A stretch of 64,000 nt of DNA from an uncultured Maricaulis sp. (GTDB lineage: Bacteria; Pseudomonadota; Alphaproteobacteria; Caulobacterales; Maricaulaceae). The position numbers and the translations under genes were made by a program. Shown piece by piece: positions 19,471 to 28,970 of this stretch. Under the pieces are notes generated by a model that was not told the origin of the DNA, made no database searches, and was given only the letters and a program-made list of their open reading frames with translations. How positions within the stretch are numbered: the first letter of the stretch is position 1; each line of letters opens with the position of its first letter. The stretch is taken from NCBI GenBank assembly GCA_965228215.1, contig OZ245800.1, positions 1,599,939 to 1,663,938 of the forward strand. Reading direction: 5' to 3'.

Positions 19471-20847
19471 ATGGCGGATCAAACTGCGGCGACCGGTCCC
19501 GGCGCCCAGATCAGCAACGGCTATCGCGCCTACGTGCTGTTCATGCTGATCGTGGTCTACACGTTCAACTTCATAGACCGCCAGATCATCGGCATTCTCG
19601 CCGTACCGATCCAGGCCGAACTGGGCGTGTCCGACACGATGATGGCGGCCATGCGCGGCCTGTCCTTCGCGCTTCTCTACTCGACATTGGGTGTTCCGAT
19701 CGCCTGGATGGCCGATCGCTATAACCGCGTCCGCATCATGACGGCTGCGCTGACCATGTGGTCCTTCATGACCATGGTCTGCGGCATGATCACCACGCCG
19801 GTCCAGCTCTTCTTTGCACGCATGGGCGTGGGTGTCGGCGAGGCGGGCGGTGTCGCCCCGGCCTATTCGATCGTCTCGGATTATTTCCCGCCGGAACAGC
19901 GGGCCCGTGCCCTTGCGGTCTATTCCTTCGGCGTACCGATCGGCAGTGCCGTCGGCATCATCTTCGGCGGCGTGATCGCCACGGTGCTCGACTGGCGGGC
20001 GGCCTTCGTGATCGTCGGCGCCCTCGGCATTGTGCTTGCCCCGATCTTCCTTCTCACCACGAAAGAGCCGGAACGCGGACAATTCGACGCCGGTGAACGG
20101 CCCAAACCGGTCGGTTTCGGCCCGGTATTCGAGACCCTGCGCCGGAAGAAGAGTTTCTGGCTGCTGAGCCTCGGCGCGGCCTGTTCCTCCATGATGGGCT
20201 ACGGTCTGTTCGCCTGGATCCCGGCCTTTCTGGTCCGCTCCTTCGGCGATGCGCTGCCGGGCTTCTTCAGCTGGGCGCCGAGCTTCCTGGTCCCCGAAGG
20301 CGCACCCGCGCTGCTCTACGCAGCCTATTTCTACGGTTTCGTCGTCTTCGTCGGCGGACTTGTCGGTATCTGGATGGGCGGCGTTCTCGCTGACCGGCTG
20401 GGGGCTGCCAAGAAGGCCAATTACGCCCGCATTCCGGGCCTGGCCTTCCTCGCCGTCGCGCCCTTCCTGATTGCCGGCACACTGTCCAATTCGCTGCTGG
20501 TCATCTTCTTCGTGATGCTGATCCCGACAGCCCTGTCCCTGGCCTGGCTGGGGCCTGTGCTGGCGGCTTTCCAGCACATCGTGCCGCCCAATATGCGCGC
20601 CACGGCCTCGGCGATCTTCCTGCTGATCAACAATCTGATCGGTATCGGTCTCGGTGACCTTTTGCTGGGCGCGATGTCGGACGGCTTCGCCTCGCAATTC
20701 GGCGATGAATCCCTGCGCTATTCCATCCTATGCGGTGGTGTCTTCTACCTGGCCGCGTCGGCGCTGCTTTTGTGGGCATCACGCTATCTGGACAATGACT
20801 GGGAAGTCGACGCACCGGCAGAGGCGGCAGAACCGGACAATGCCTGA
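19471..20847 (+). CDS. MFS transporter (spinster-like)
   Basis: NFIDRQII; ADRYNRVRIM; ARMGVGVGEAGG...SIVSDYFPPEQRARA; about 12 hydrophobic helices. Start at ATG 19471 after GGGGAGAG. Confidence 0.9.
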   Translation: MADQTAATGPGAQISNGYRAYVLFMLIVVYTFNFIDRQIIGILAVPIQAELGVSDTMMAAMRGLSFALLYSTLGVPIAWMADRYNRVRIMTAALTMWSFMTMVCGMITTPVQLFFARMGVGVGEAGGVAPAYSIVSDYFPPEQRARALAVYSFGVPIGSAVGIIFGGVIATVLDWRAAFVIVGALGIVLAPIFLLTTKEPERGQFDAGERPKPVGFGPVFETLRRKKSFWLLSLGAACSSMMGYGLFAWIPAFLVRSFGDALPGFFSWAPSFLVPEGAPALLYAAYFYGFVVFVGGLVGIWMGGVLADRLGAAKKANYARIPGLAFLAVAPFLIAGTLSNSLLVIFFVMLIPTALSLAWLGPVLAAFQHIVPPNMRATASAIFLLINNLIGIGLGDLLLGAMSDGFASQFGDESLRYSILCGGVFYLAASALLLWASRYLDNDWEVDAPAEAAEPDNA

Positions 20848-21706
20848 CGCCTGGACGGAGCATTTTTTCACCACCGCAGACGGTCCGCGCATCCATTATC
20901 GCGATTACCCGTCTGCCGGCGACCCCGCCGGCGTGACGGTCATCTGCCTGCACGGGCTGACGCGCAATGTGAAGGATTTCGAGGATCTCGCACCACTCAT
21001 CGTCGAGACGGGGCGCCGAGTGATCGTGATCTCCCAGCGCGGTCGCGGCCGGTCTGAACCAGACCCTGTGCACGAACGCTACCAGCCGCTGACCTATGCC
21101 GGTGATGTCATGGCGCTGCTCGACGAGATCGGTATCGATCGCGCCGTATTCGTGGGCACGTCGATGGGCGGATTGATGACGATGATCATTGCCGCCCAGG
21201 ACTCGCAGCGCATCGCCGCGGCAGTGATCAATGATATCGGACCGGAGATCGCGCCCGAGGGCATCGCCCGCATCGTTGCGAATGTGTCGAGCCGGGATCC
21301 GGTCACGACCTGGGAAGAGGCGGCCGCCCGCTCGCGCGAGTCCAATCTCGCCGCCTTTCCGAAACGGGCGGATGACGCAGGCTTCTGGGCGGATTTCGCG
21401 CGCAAGACCTGGATCGAGGAGGATGGCCGCATCCGCCTGGATTATGACGGTGCGATTGTCGAACAGATGGGTGCCGCTGATGACCTGCCGGACCTCTGGC
21501 CGTTCTGGGCGCCGTTCGCCGGTTTCCCGACCCTGCTCGTTGTGGGCGGCATCACTGATCTCATATCGCGGGACACGATCGCGGAAATGCACCGCCGCGC
21601 GCCCGGCATGAAAGAGGTCGTGGTGCCAGATGTCGGCCACGCGCCCTTCATGACCGAGCCCGAAGCCCTGGCCGCGATCCAGCAATTCCTGGCGGAGTGT
21701 GACTAG
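20840..21706 (+). CDS. alpha/beta hydrolase
   Basis: CLHGLTRN; RGRGRS; nucleophile elbow GTSMGG; PDVGHAP catalytic His. 8-nt overlap with the MFS stop. Confidence 0.88.
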   Translation: MPDAWTEHFFTTADGPRIHYRDYPSAGDPAGVTVICLHGLTRNVKDFEDLAPLIVETGRRVIVISQRGRGRSEPDPVHERYQPLTYAGDVMALLDEIGIDRAVFVGTSMGGLMTMIIAAQDSQRIAAAVINDIGPEIAPEGIARIVANVSSRDPVTTWEEAAARSRESNLAAFPKRADDAGFWADFARKTWIEEDGRIRLDYDGAIVEQMGAADDLPDLWPFWAPFAGFPTLLVVGGITDLISRDTIAEMHRRAPGMKEVVVPDVGHAPFMTEPEALAAIQQFLAECD

Positions 21707-22332
21707 GCGAGCGCCCGGCTGATCAGGCCCGCATCAGGCTTTTCATTCCAGAACAGTCTCTGGCCGTCTGCGCCGTCGAATGCGACTGCACACACATTGC
21801 CGGTTTTCACCTTGGCCTCGGCCTCGGGACCGGTCGTCGCGGCGTACATGTAGCGCAGGATCCCGTTGGAGGTGATGACGAGGGTGAGGTCCTGTGCGGC
21901 GGCGTCACGCATGCTGGCCAGCGCATTGGTCTCCAGATCGGCCTCGCTCGGAGACCAGTCAGCGCCGGCAGGGCGACGGTGATGCTGGTCCCATTCCGCC
22001 AGTGCCTCGGCACCGAATTCGGCCTTGATCTCGTCATTCGACTTGCCGCCCCAATTGCCGTAATCGATCTCGCGCAGCCGGTCGTCGATGGCGATCTCGC
22101 CGCTGAACCCGGTCAGCGCCGCAACGATCTCCGCGGCGCGTCGCGTGCGCTTGAGCGGCCCGCAGATGATGCGGCCGGGAGTCAGACCGGCCTCTTTCAG
22201 CGCTTCGCCCAGGGCTTCGGCCTGGGCCTCGCCCGTCTCGACCAGGGGCAGGTCCTCGCGGGCTCCGACCCAGACGACCTTGTCGCCGGGAGCGAAAGTA
22301 TTGCCGTGGCGGGCGAGCAGGATGCGCGTCAT
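21703..22332 (-). CDS. histidine phosphatase (phosphoglycerate mutase-like) family protein
   Basis: LLARHGNT; GPLKRTRRAA; DDRLREIDYGNWGG; ITSNG in place of the usual SHG. Confidence 0.85.
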   Translation of the reverse strand: MTRILLARHGNTFAPGDKVVWVGAREDLPLVETGEAQAEALGEALKEAGLTPGRIICGPLKRTRRAAEIVAALTGFSGEIAIDDRLREIDYGNWGGKSNDEIKAEFGAEALAEWDQHHRRPAGADWSPSEADLETNALASMRDAAAQDLTLVITSNGILRYMYAATTGPEAEAKVKTGNVCAVAFDGADGQRLFWNEKPDAGLISRALA

Positions 22333-23111
22333 TCGACCAGTTCTCCCTCGCGGGCGATGATGTCCTCGACCCGGACTGCATCCTCCGGGGCGTCGACGGA
22401 CCAGGCGGACCGGCCGCGATAATCGGTCAGCACGACCCGGATCGGGATGCCGTTTTCCAGTGCCCGCAATTGTTCGAGGCTCTCGGTGAGCTCGAACGGG
22501 CTCGGTTCGAGCGCCACGATTTGTTCCAGCGTCTCGCGGCGATAGCCGTAGAGACCGATATGCTGATAGGTCGGCGCGCCCTCGGCGGGCTTGCGCCGGA
22601 AGGGGATGACCGCCTTGGAGAAATACATCGCGTCCATCGCCTTGTTGAAGACGACGGTGGTGCCGCTGGCAGAGCCTTTCGCCTTGGCCTCGCGCATCAT
22701 GGCTTCGGTATCCGCCGGCAGTTCGACAGCCGGTGTCGCCATGGCGAGGCCGGGATCGGCGCGCATCGCTTCTGCCACGCCGCCGATGACCCAGGGCGGG
22801 ATGAGGGGCGCATCGCCCTGCACATTGATGATGATCTCGGCATCGCTTTCCAGCCGGCGCATTGCGTCCAGCGCGCGCTCAGTACCGTTGCGGCATTCCG
22901 AATCGGTCATCACCGCTTCACCGCCGGCAGCCTCGACCGCGTCGAGAATGCGCTGGTCGTCTGTCGCCACGACCACGCGATCGACACCGTCGGCCGCGGC
23001 GGCGATACGCCAGACGCGTTCGATCATCATGCGGCCGGCGATCTTGGCGAGCGGCTTGCCCGGGAAACGGGTCGAACCGTAGCGGGCGGGGATGACGGCG
23101 AGGACAGACAT
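22329..23111 (-). CDS. kdsB: 3-deoxy-manno-octulosonate cytidylyltransferase (CMP-Kdo synthetase)
   Basis: VIPARYGSTRFPGKPLAKI; VVATDD; NGTER; INVQGDAP; YFSK; HIGLYGY; LEQLRALENG; SVDAPED. Start at ATG 23111. Confidence 0.93.
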   Translation of the reverse strand: MSVLAVIPARYGSTRFPGKPLAKIAGRMMIERVWRIAAAADGVDRVVVATDDQRILDAVEAAGGEAVMTDSECRNGTERALDAMRRLESDAEIIINVQGDAPLIPPWVIGGVAEAMRADPGLAMATPAVELPADTEAMMREAKAKGSASGTTVVFNKAMDAMYFSKAVIPFRRKPAEGAPTYQHIGLYGYRRETLEQIVALEPSPFELTESLEQLRALENGIPIRVVLTDYRGRSAWSVDAPEDAVRVEDIIAREGELVE

Positions 23112-23421
23112 GGCAACTCCCGGAATATGCGGCGCTTGTTTCACATCCTGCCGGATATGACCACAGCCGGCCGCCTCCGACTTCACGCGGATTTGATACC
23201 GCTATTCGTTTCCCGCGGCCGGATTACAAGAGGTTCATGTGTTTTACGCACTTACCCCTGATAAAACTGGCAATCTGCGCATTTGCTACTTTTTGCTGTT
23301 GCCCTGTGACGGGGCTTATGCGGCGAATGGCAGTTGCGAGCGGGGGAATATCATATACGTTAGCCCCCAAGGCGTTGAAGGCTGTAGGCTTTCGACGTGG
23401 GACAGGTGAGGGAGATTCAGG

Positions 23422-23709
23422 GTGAGGGAATTATTGGTCATCGGCGTTTCAGGCTTGATGCTGACCGGTTGCTCCACTTTGGGCATTGGCGGCAATGGCT
23501 TCATGGGTTTCGGTCCGGACGCGCCGGCCACACAGGATGTGGCCCAGCTCGAGATCGACGAATCCAGCGACTTTGTCTGCCGCCGCATGAAGATCACCTC
23601 GTCGAATGTCCGCCGCGAGATCTGTTTCAGCCGTCGTGACATGCGCGAGCGCGAGTCCACGTCGCGATCGCTCGTCCGAGAAATCGAAGGCATGAATCGA
23701 GGGCCGTAG
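23422..23709 (+). CDS. small hypothetical lipoprotein
   Basis: GGGTGAGGGA upstream; lipobox LTGC; C-x(13)-C pair (VCRRMKITSSNVRREIC). Confidence 0.65.
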   Translation: MRELLVIGVSGLMLTGCSTLGIGGNGFMGFGPDAPATQDVAQLEIDESSDFVCRRMKITSSNVRREICFSRRDMRERESTSRSLVREIEGMNRGP

Positions 23710-23767
23710 CGCGCCAGTTTTTCCGCGCGGCCGACCAGGGCCGCGGACGTGTTGATGGATTACCCCG

Positions 23768-23800
23768 AACGCCCGGCCTTGAGGCCGGGTGTTTCTGTTT
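23768..23800 (+). terminator. terminator-like hairpin between the small lipoprotein gene and argF'
   Basis: AACGCCCGGCC-ttga-GGCCGGGTGTT followed by TCTGTTT. Confidence 0.55.
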
Positions 23801-23831
23801 GTATTCCCACTCCACGAAAATGGGGCAAGAC

Positions 23832-24842
23832 ATGCGTCACTTCCTAACCACAGCCGACTGGAGCCGGTCCGAATTGCAGGACATGCTGGACCGCGCCGCG
23901 CGCTTCAAGGCCGGTGCAACAAGCCGCGCCCTCGAGGGCAAGTCGATCGCTCTGGTCTTCTTCAATCCCTCCCTGCGGACACGCTCATCCTTCGATATCG
24001 GTGCGCACCAGCTGGGCGGCCATGCCATCGTTCTGGATGCCAAGGGGGCGACCTGGCCGATGGAATTTGCCGACGGTGCTGTCATGGACGGCAGCGAAGA
24101 GGAGCATGTCCGCGAAGCCGCCCGTGTCCTGTCCAGCTATGTCGACCTGATCGCCATCCGCTGTTTCCCGGACTTCAAGGACTGGTCTGCCGAACGCGAG
24201 GACCCATTGATCTCTGCCTTTGCACGCCATGCGACCGTGCCGGTGATCAACATGGAAACCATCGTCCATCCCTGCCAGGAACTGGCGCACATGCTGGCGC
24301 TGCAGGAGCGGATCGGCAGTGTCCAGGACAAGACCTATCTGCTCACCTGGGTGCCCCATCCACGGCCGCTCAACACGGCCGTCGCCAATTCGGCCCTGCT
24401 GATCGCGTCCAAGTTCGGCATGAATGTCCGCCTCCTGGTTCCGGACGAGGTCTACCGGCTCGACGAGCGCTATATGGGCGCCGCCGAACGCTTCGTGGAC
24501 GAGGGTGGTGGTTCCGTCACGCTGACAACGGATGTCGAGGCCGCCTACAGCGGAGCGGATGCGGTCTATGCCAAGAGCTGGGGTGCTCTGCCCTTCTACG
24601 GCAATTGGGATGCTGAGACCGAGTACCGGGCCAAGGGCGCGGATTTCATGATCACGCCCGACAAGATGGCCCTCACGAACAATGCCGTGGTCTCTCACTG
24701 CCTGCCCATGCGGCGCAATGTGAAGATTGCCGATGCAGTGGTCGACAGCCCGGCCTTCATGGGTATCGAGGAGGCGGCCAATCGCCTGCACGTCCAGAAG
24801 GCCGTGATGGAGCAGCTGGCAGGGCAGGGGACGCCGTCATGA
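23832..24842 (+). CDS. argF': N-acetylornithine carbamoyltransferase (AOTCase)
   Basis: FNPSLRTRSSF; MDGSEEEHVREAARVL (Glu at the acetyl-specificity position); INMETIVHPCQE; TWVPHPRPLNTAVANS; YAKSWG; HCLPMRRN; EAANRLHVQKA. Confidence 0.92.
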   Translation: MRHFLTTADWSRSELQDMLDRAARFKAGATSRALEGKSIALVFFNPSLRTRSSFDIGAHQLGGHAIVLDAKGATWPMEFADGAVMDGSEEEHVREAARVLSSYVDLIAIRCFPDFKDWSAEREDPLISAFARHATVPVINMETIVHPCQELAHMLALQERIGSVQDKTYLLTWVPHPRPLNTAVANSALLIASKFGMNVRLLVPDEVYRLDERYMGAAERFVDEGGGSVTLTTDVEAAYSGADAVYAKSWGALPFYGNWDAETEYRAKGADFMITPDKMALTNNAVVSHCLPMRRNVKIADAVVDSPAFMGIEEAANRLHVQKAVMEQLAGQGTPS

Positions 24843-26164
24843 GTGCCGACACGCCCCAGGTCCGCGATACCATCGTGCAATTGCTGTCGCACATGCGCGA
24901 CGGCAAGGAGATCCGCGAATACCTGCATCGATTTTCCGGTGTGGAGCAGGAACGTTTCGCCGTGATCAAGATCGGCGGTGCGGTGATCCGGGATGATCTC
25001 GAGAGCCTCGCCGCAGCCCTGGCCTTCCTGCAGACCGTCGGCCTCTCGCCGATCATCGTGCATGGCGGCGGCCCCCAGCTGGACAAGGCCCTGGCCGAGG
25101 CCGGTATCGAGGCGGAGCGCCACGAAGGGCTGAGGGTCACGCCCGATGCCGCCATTCCAGTGATCCGCGAAACGCTGACGCGGGCCAATCTCGCCCTTGT
25201 CGATGCCATCCGCGCGGCCGGCGGCCAGGCCGCAGCCATCCCCGGCGGGGTGTTCGAGGCCGAGCTCAAGGATGCCGACCGGCTGGGCCGCGTCGGTGAA
25301 CCCAGCCGGGTGCGTCTCGATCTCGTAGCGGCGGCGGCGCGTGCCGGCCAGGCCCCCGTTCTGGCGTGCCTCGGCGAGACGGCCGATGGCCGCCTGGTCA
25401 ACGTCAATGCCGATGCCGCCGTGCGCGCGCTCGTACACGAGCTGCAGCCCTATAAAGTGGTCTTCCTGACCGGAACCGGCGGTCTTCTCGATGCGGCGGG
25501 AGAGATCCTGTCCTCAATCAATCTCGCGACGGATTTCGAGGAATTGATGGACGCCGACTGGGTGCAGGGCGGCATGAGGCTGAAGATCGAGGAGATCAAG
25601 CGGCTTCTGGAAGGCCTGCCCCTGACCAGTTCGGTATCGATCACCAAGCCGGCGGAACTGGCGCGTGAACTCTTCACCCATGCCGGGGCCGGCACGCTGA
25701 TCCGGCGCGGTGAGCGCATTCTGGCCACCGACGGGCTCGACGGTCTGGACCTCGAGCGCCTCGACGGCCTGGTCGCAGCGGCGTTCGGCCGGCCCACGAT
25801 CGACAATTACTGGGCGAGCCTCGATGTGCACCGGGTGTTCGTGACCGAGAACTATCGTGCCGCCACCATCACTACTCGCCTCGATGACTGGATCTATCTC
25901 GACAAGTTCGCCGTGCTCGATGACGCACGCGGCGAGGGTCTGGGCCGGGCGGTCTGGCAGCATCTTGTCGACTATGCCCCACGCCTGGTCTGGCGCTCGC
26001 GCTCGGACAATCCGGTAAACGCCTTCTATTTCGCGGAGTGTGACGGCGCGGTCCGGTCCGGCGACTGGACGGTCTTCTGGCGCGGTACCATCGACGAAAC
26101 CGACTGGTCGGGCCTGTTGCAACGCATTGCCGCGCGTCCGGCGACGCTGAAGGAATTGCCATGA
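24839..26164 (+). CDS. argB: bifunctional N-acetylglutamate synthase/kinase (AAK + NAT domains)
   Basis: 441 aa; FAVIKIGG; VHGGGPQ; NVNAD; GGMRLK; C-terminal NAT domain YLDKFAVLDDARGEGLG and WRSR..NPVN.FYF. Strongly resembles the Maricaulis/Xanthomonas vertebrate-like NAGS/K. Confidence 0.93.
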   Translation: MSADTPQVRDTIVQLLSHMRDGKEIREYLHRFSGVEQERFAVIKIGGAVIRDDLESLAAALAFLQTVGLSPIIVHGGGPQLDKALAEAGIEAERHEGLRVTPDAAIPVIRETLTRANLALVDAIRAAGGQAAAIPGGVFEAELKDADRLGRVGEPSRVRLDLVAAAARAGQAPVLACLGETADGRLVNVNADAAVRALVHELQPYKVVFLTGTGGLLDAAGEILSSINLATDFEELMDADWVQGGMRLKIEEIKRLLEGLPLTSSVSITKPAELARELFTHAGAGTLIRRGERILATDGLDGLDLERLDGLVAAAFGRPTIDNYWASLDVHRVFVTENYRAATITTRLDDWIYLDKFAVLDDARGEGLGRAVWQHLVDYAPRLVWRSRSDNPVNAFYFAECDGAVRSGDWTVFWRGTIDETDWSGLLQRIAARPATLKELP

Positions 26165-27099
26165 GCAAGCGTATCGGTCTGATCGGCGGGCGCGGACATA
26201 CCGGGCGGGAGATCCTGAGGCGTATTGCCGGCCGGGATGATCTGGAGCTGGCCTATGCCTCGTCGCGCGAGTTCGACGGGCGTCCGATCAGCGAGATGGC
26301 GCCGGAATATTCCGGCTCGCTGAATTTCCAGGCTCTGTCGCCCGAAGATGCCGCCGCAATCCCGGTCGATGCGTTGATCCTGGCCCTGCCCAATGGCGCG
26401 GCGGCGGGTTTCGTCGCGGCGCTCGAGCGGGAACAGGCCTCGGCGGTTCTGCTGGACCTGTCGGCTGATTACCGGTTTGACGATGACTGGGTCTACGGAC
26501 TGCCGGAAATCCACGGCCGTGAGGCGATCCGAGCAGCCACGCGGATCTCGAACCCGGGCTGTTATGCCACCGCCGGCCAGCTTGCCCTGGCGCCGATCCG
26601 CGACCGTCTCAGCGGCTCCGCGCACGTCTTCGGCGTGTCGGGTTATTCCGGTGCAGGTACGACGCCGTCTCGCAAGAATGATCTCGACGCGCTGAAGGAC
26701 AATCTCATGCCCTACGCGCTGAGCGGTCACATCCACGAGCGCGAGATGAGCCGGCATCTCGGTGCCGATATCCGTTTCACGCCCCATGTCGCGGCCTTCT
26801 TCAGCGGCATTGTCGCCAGCGTGCATGCCGAGCTCGCAGAACCGATGGACCGTGACGAGGTCATCGAGCTCTACCGGTCATTCTATGCCGGAGAGGGCCT
26901 GATCCGTGTGACTGACGCGATCCCGGAGGTCCGCGACGGTGCGGAACAGCCGGGTGCGGTGATCGGCGGGTTTGAACTGGGCGAGGACGGGCGTCACCTG
27001 GTGATCGTCAGCACGCTGGACAATCTGCTCAAGGGCGCGGCCGTCCAGGCCATGCAGAATCTCACCCTCGCGCTGGGCCTGCCCGAACAGTTCGCCTAG
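26161..27099 (+). CDS. argC: N-acetyl-gamma-glutamyl-phosphate reductase
   Basis: GLIGGRGHTG; LALPNG; DLSADYR; YGLPE; ISNPGCYATA; VSGYSGAG; LDNLLKGAA. Confidence 0.94.
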   Translation: MSKRIGLIGGRGHTGREILRRIAGRDDLELAYASSREFDGRPISEMAPEYSGSLNFQALSPEDAAAIPVDALILALPNGAAAGFVAALEREQASAVLLDLSADYRFDDDWVYGLPEIHGREAIRAATRISNPGCYATAGQLALAPIRDRLSGSAHVFGVSGYSGAGTTPSRKNDLDALKDNLMPYALSGHIHEREMSRHLGADIRFTPHVAAFFSGIVASVHAELAEPMDRDEVIELYRSFYAGEGLIRVTDAIPEVRDGAEQPGAVIGGFELGEDGRHLVIVSTLDNLLKGAAVQAMQNLTLALGLPEQFA

Positions 27100-28637
27100 C
27101 CGCCGCTTGCGGCTGCGTCGACGGCCAGCCAGCGTTCCTCATAGGCGGCGTCCCGTGTGACGCGCTGGTATCCGCTGGCTCGCCACAGGGTGAATTCGCG
27201 CGTCTTGTTTCCGTCCAGGGCGATCGAGATCGTTCCCGCACTTTCGAACATCGCGAAATCCTCGCGCAGACGAGGAATTTCCAGCGGGCGATGGGAGACG
27301 ATCAGGACCTCGCCGGCATGGCCGTCGGCCAGCGGCCAGCCCTGTTCGGCATGGTTCACCGGTCCGGAGAAACGCCACCACATGCGCAGGTCGCGGTCCA
27401 GGTCCGGCGCGTAGCGCTGCATCTGGTGGAAGACATTGCGATCGTCGAAAACGACAGCGCTGTAATTCTGCGCCATGCCCGCCGCCGTGATCTGGTCGGC
27501 TGTATCGTCCCAGGCGCGGATGCGTTTCGTGGCATTGCTGAAACCGGTGGCCTCGGTCAGGGCAGGGCTGGCGATCAGCGTGAAAATGAAGACGGCGAGA
27601 ACCGTGTGCAGGACGGCCGAGACCGGCAGGACGAATTTGAAGCGCGGCTTCGCGTGCAGGACAAAACCGACCACCAGGAGGGTTGCCGCGACATAGGCGG
27701 CGGCGGCCCAGTTGGCGTGCGCGCGGCTGATGAAGGCCTGGACGGAGACCGTGAGGATCGGCGGCAGGATGAAGAAGACCAGCAGGAGCTGGGTCCTGTC
27801 AGCCTCGCGGAAATTGCGCAGGATCAGGACGATCGCGACGATCAGCGTGACAAAGAGCAGGGGTCCGAACACGCCCAGCTGAGCCGAGATGAATTCGAAC
27901 ATCTCGCCGGGATGGAAGAGATCACCGCCCCAATTGGCGTTGGCAGCCGTATGGGTCACCGTCGCGAAATCATTGGCGGCGTTCCAGAGAATGTTCGGCA
28001 GGATGAGCAGGATCGCGATGGCCGCGACGGCCAGGCCCTGCAGCGACAGCATGGCCTTGCGCGTCGCCGAGTCGAACAGGGTCGCGATACCCAGTCCGAC
28101 CACGAAATAGATCATCGCGTATTTGGACAGGAAGCCGAGCCCGATCGCGACACCCAGTCCGATCGCGGTCGACCATTGCACGCTTTCGCGCAACCGGATC
28201 AGGCAATAGAGGGCGGCGGACCAGGCACACAGCAAGAGGGCGTCAGTGGAGATAATGCCGCCGGAGATCCAGATCGAGGGCAGGGTCATGTAGGTGGCTG
28301 CAGCCCAGAAACCGGTCCGCGCATCCCAGACCTGCCGAGCAGTCAGGAAGAGGAAGCTGGCCGTTCCGGCGTGCAACAGCGGAGCAGGCAGGCGCACAGC
28401 GGCATCGCCGTCGCCGAATACGCTTGTGGAGAGAGCGATCAGCCAGGCGATCATCGGCGGTTTCGAGAAATACCCGAAGTCGAATTCGCGCGACCATATC
28501 CAGTACTGGGTCTCGTCCTGGTAGAGGGCGACCGGCGCGAGATACAGCCCGATAACCCTCAGAAAAGTCAGGCCCAGAATCAGGAAAACCGCGAATCGGA
28601 GCCAATCCGGCTCTGCTTGGCTATTAAGACGTGTCAT
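27096..28637 (-). CDS. GT39/ArnT-like polytopic glycosyltransferase
   Basis: DETQYWIWSREFDFGYFSKPPMIAW; ISTDALL; GFLSKY; HTAANANW; RAHANWAA; many TM helices. Confidence 0.85.
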   Translation of the reverse strand: MTRLNSQAEPDWLRFAVFLILGLTFLRVIGLYLAPVALYQDETQYWIWSREFDFGYFSKPPMIAWLIALSTSVFGDGDAAVRLPAPLLHAGTASFLFLTARQVWDARTGFWAAATYMTLPSIWISGGIISTDALLLCAWSAALYCLIRLRESVQWSTAIGLGVAIGLGFLSKYAMIYFVVGLGIATLFDSATRKAMLSLQGLAVAAIAILLILPNILWNAANDFATVTHTAANANWGGDLFHPGEMFEFISAQLGVFGPLLFVTLIVAIVLILRNFREADRTQLLLVFFILPPILTVSVQAFISRAHANWAAAAYVAATLLVVGFVLHAKPRFKFVLPVSAVLHTVLAVFIFTLIASPALTEATGFSNATKRIRAWDDTADQITAAGMAQNYSAVVFDDRNVFHQMQRYAPDLDRDLRMWWRFSGPVNHAEQGWPLADGHAGEVLIVSHRPLEIPRLREDFAMFESAGTISIALDGNKTREFTLWRASGYQRVTRDAAYEERWLAVDAAASGG

Positions 28638-28970
28638 TTAATCAGCTGCTCGCATGACGTGCTGTCGAGACTGTAACATTTTGGCCGCAGGCTATGCGCT
28701 TTAAGACTCCTCCCGTAAAGGCTGGCGAGGAGAAAATTCGCCAATTGAGCGAGCCTGAAATCCTTTATTTTGGGTAAACGCGTTGAATCACACCATATTT
28801 TGGGGGTGGTTCATGCTGCGACGCACAAGGCATGATTTTATGCATTTGCGCACTGTCGCAAAAGCTTCGCCAAGACGTCTTGGATTCTTCGAAAGACCCG
28901 AGTACGAGGCCCTTGCAATCTAATCGGGGGAATAGTCCCCCATGGTCGATTTCTTCGGGGGACATGTTTC

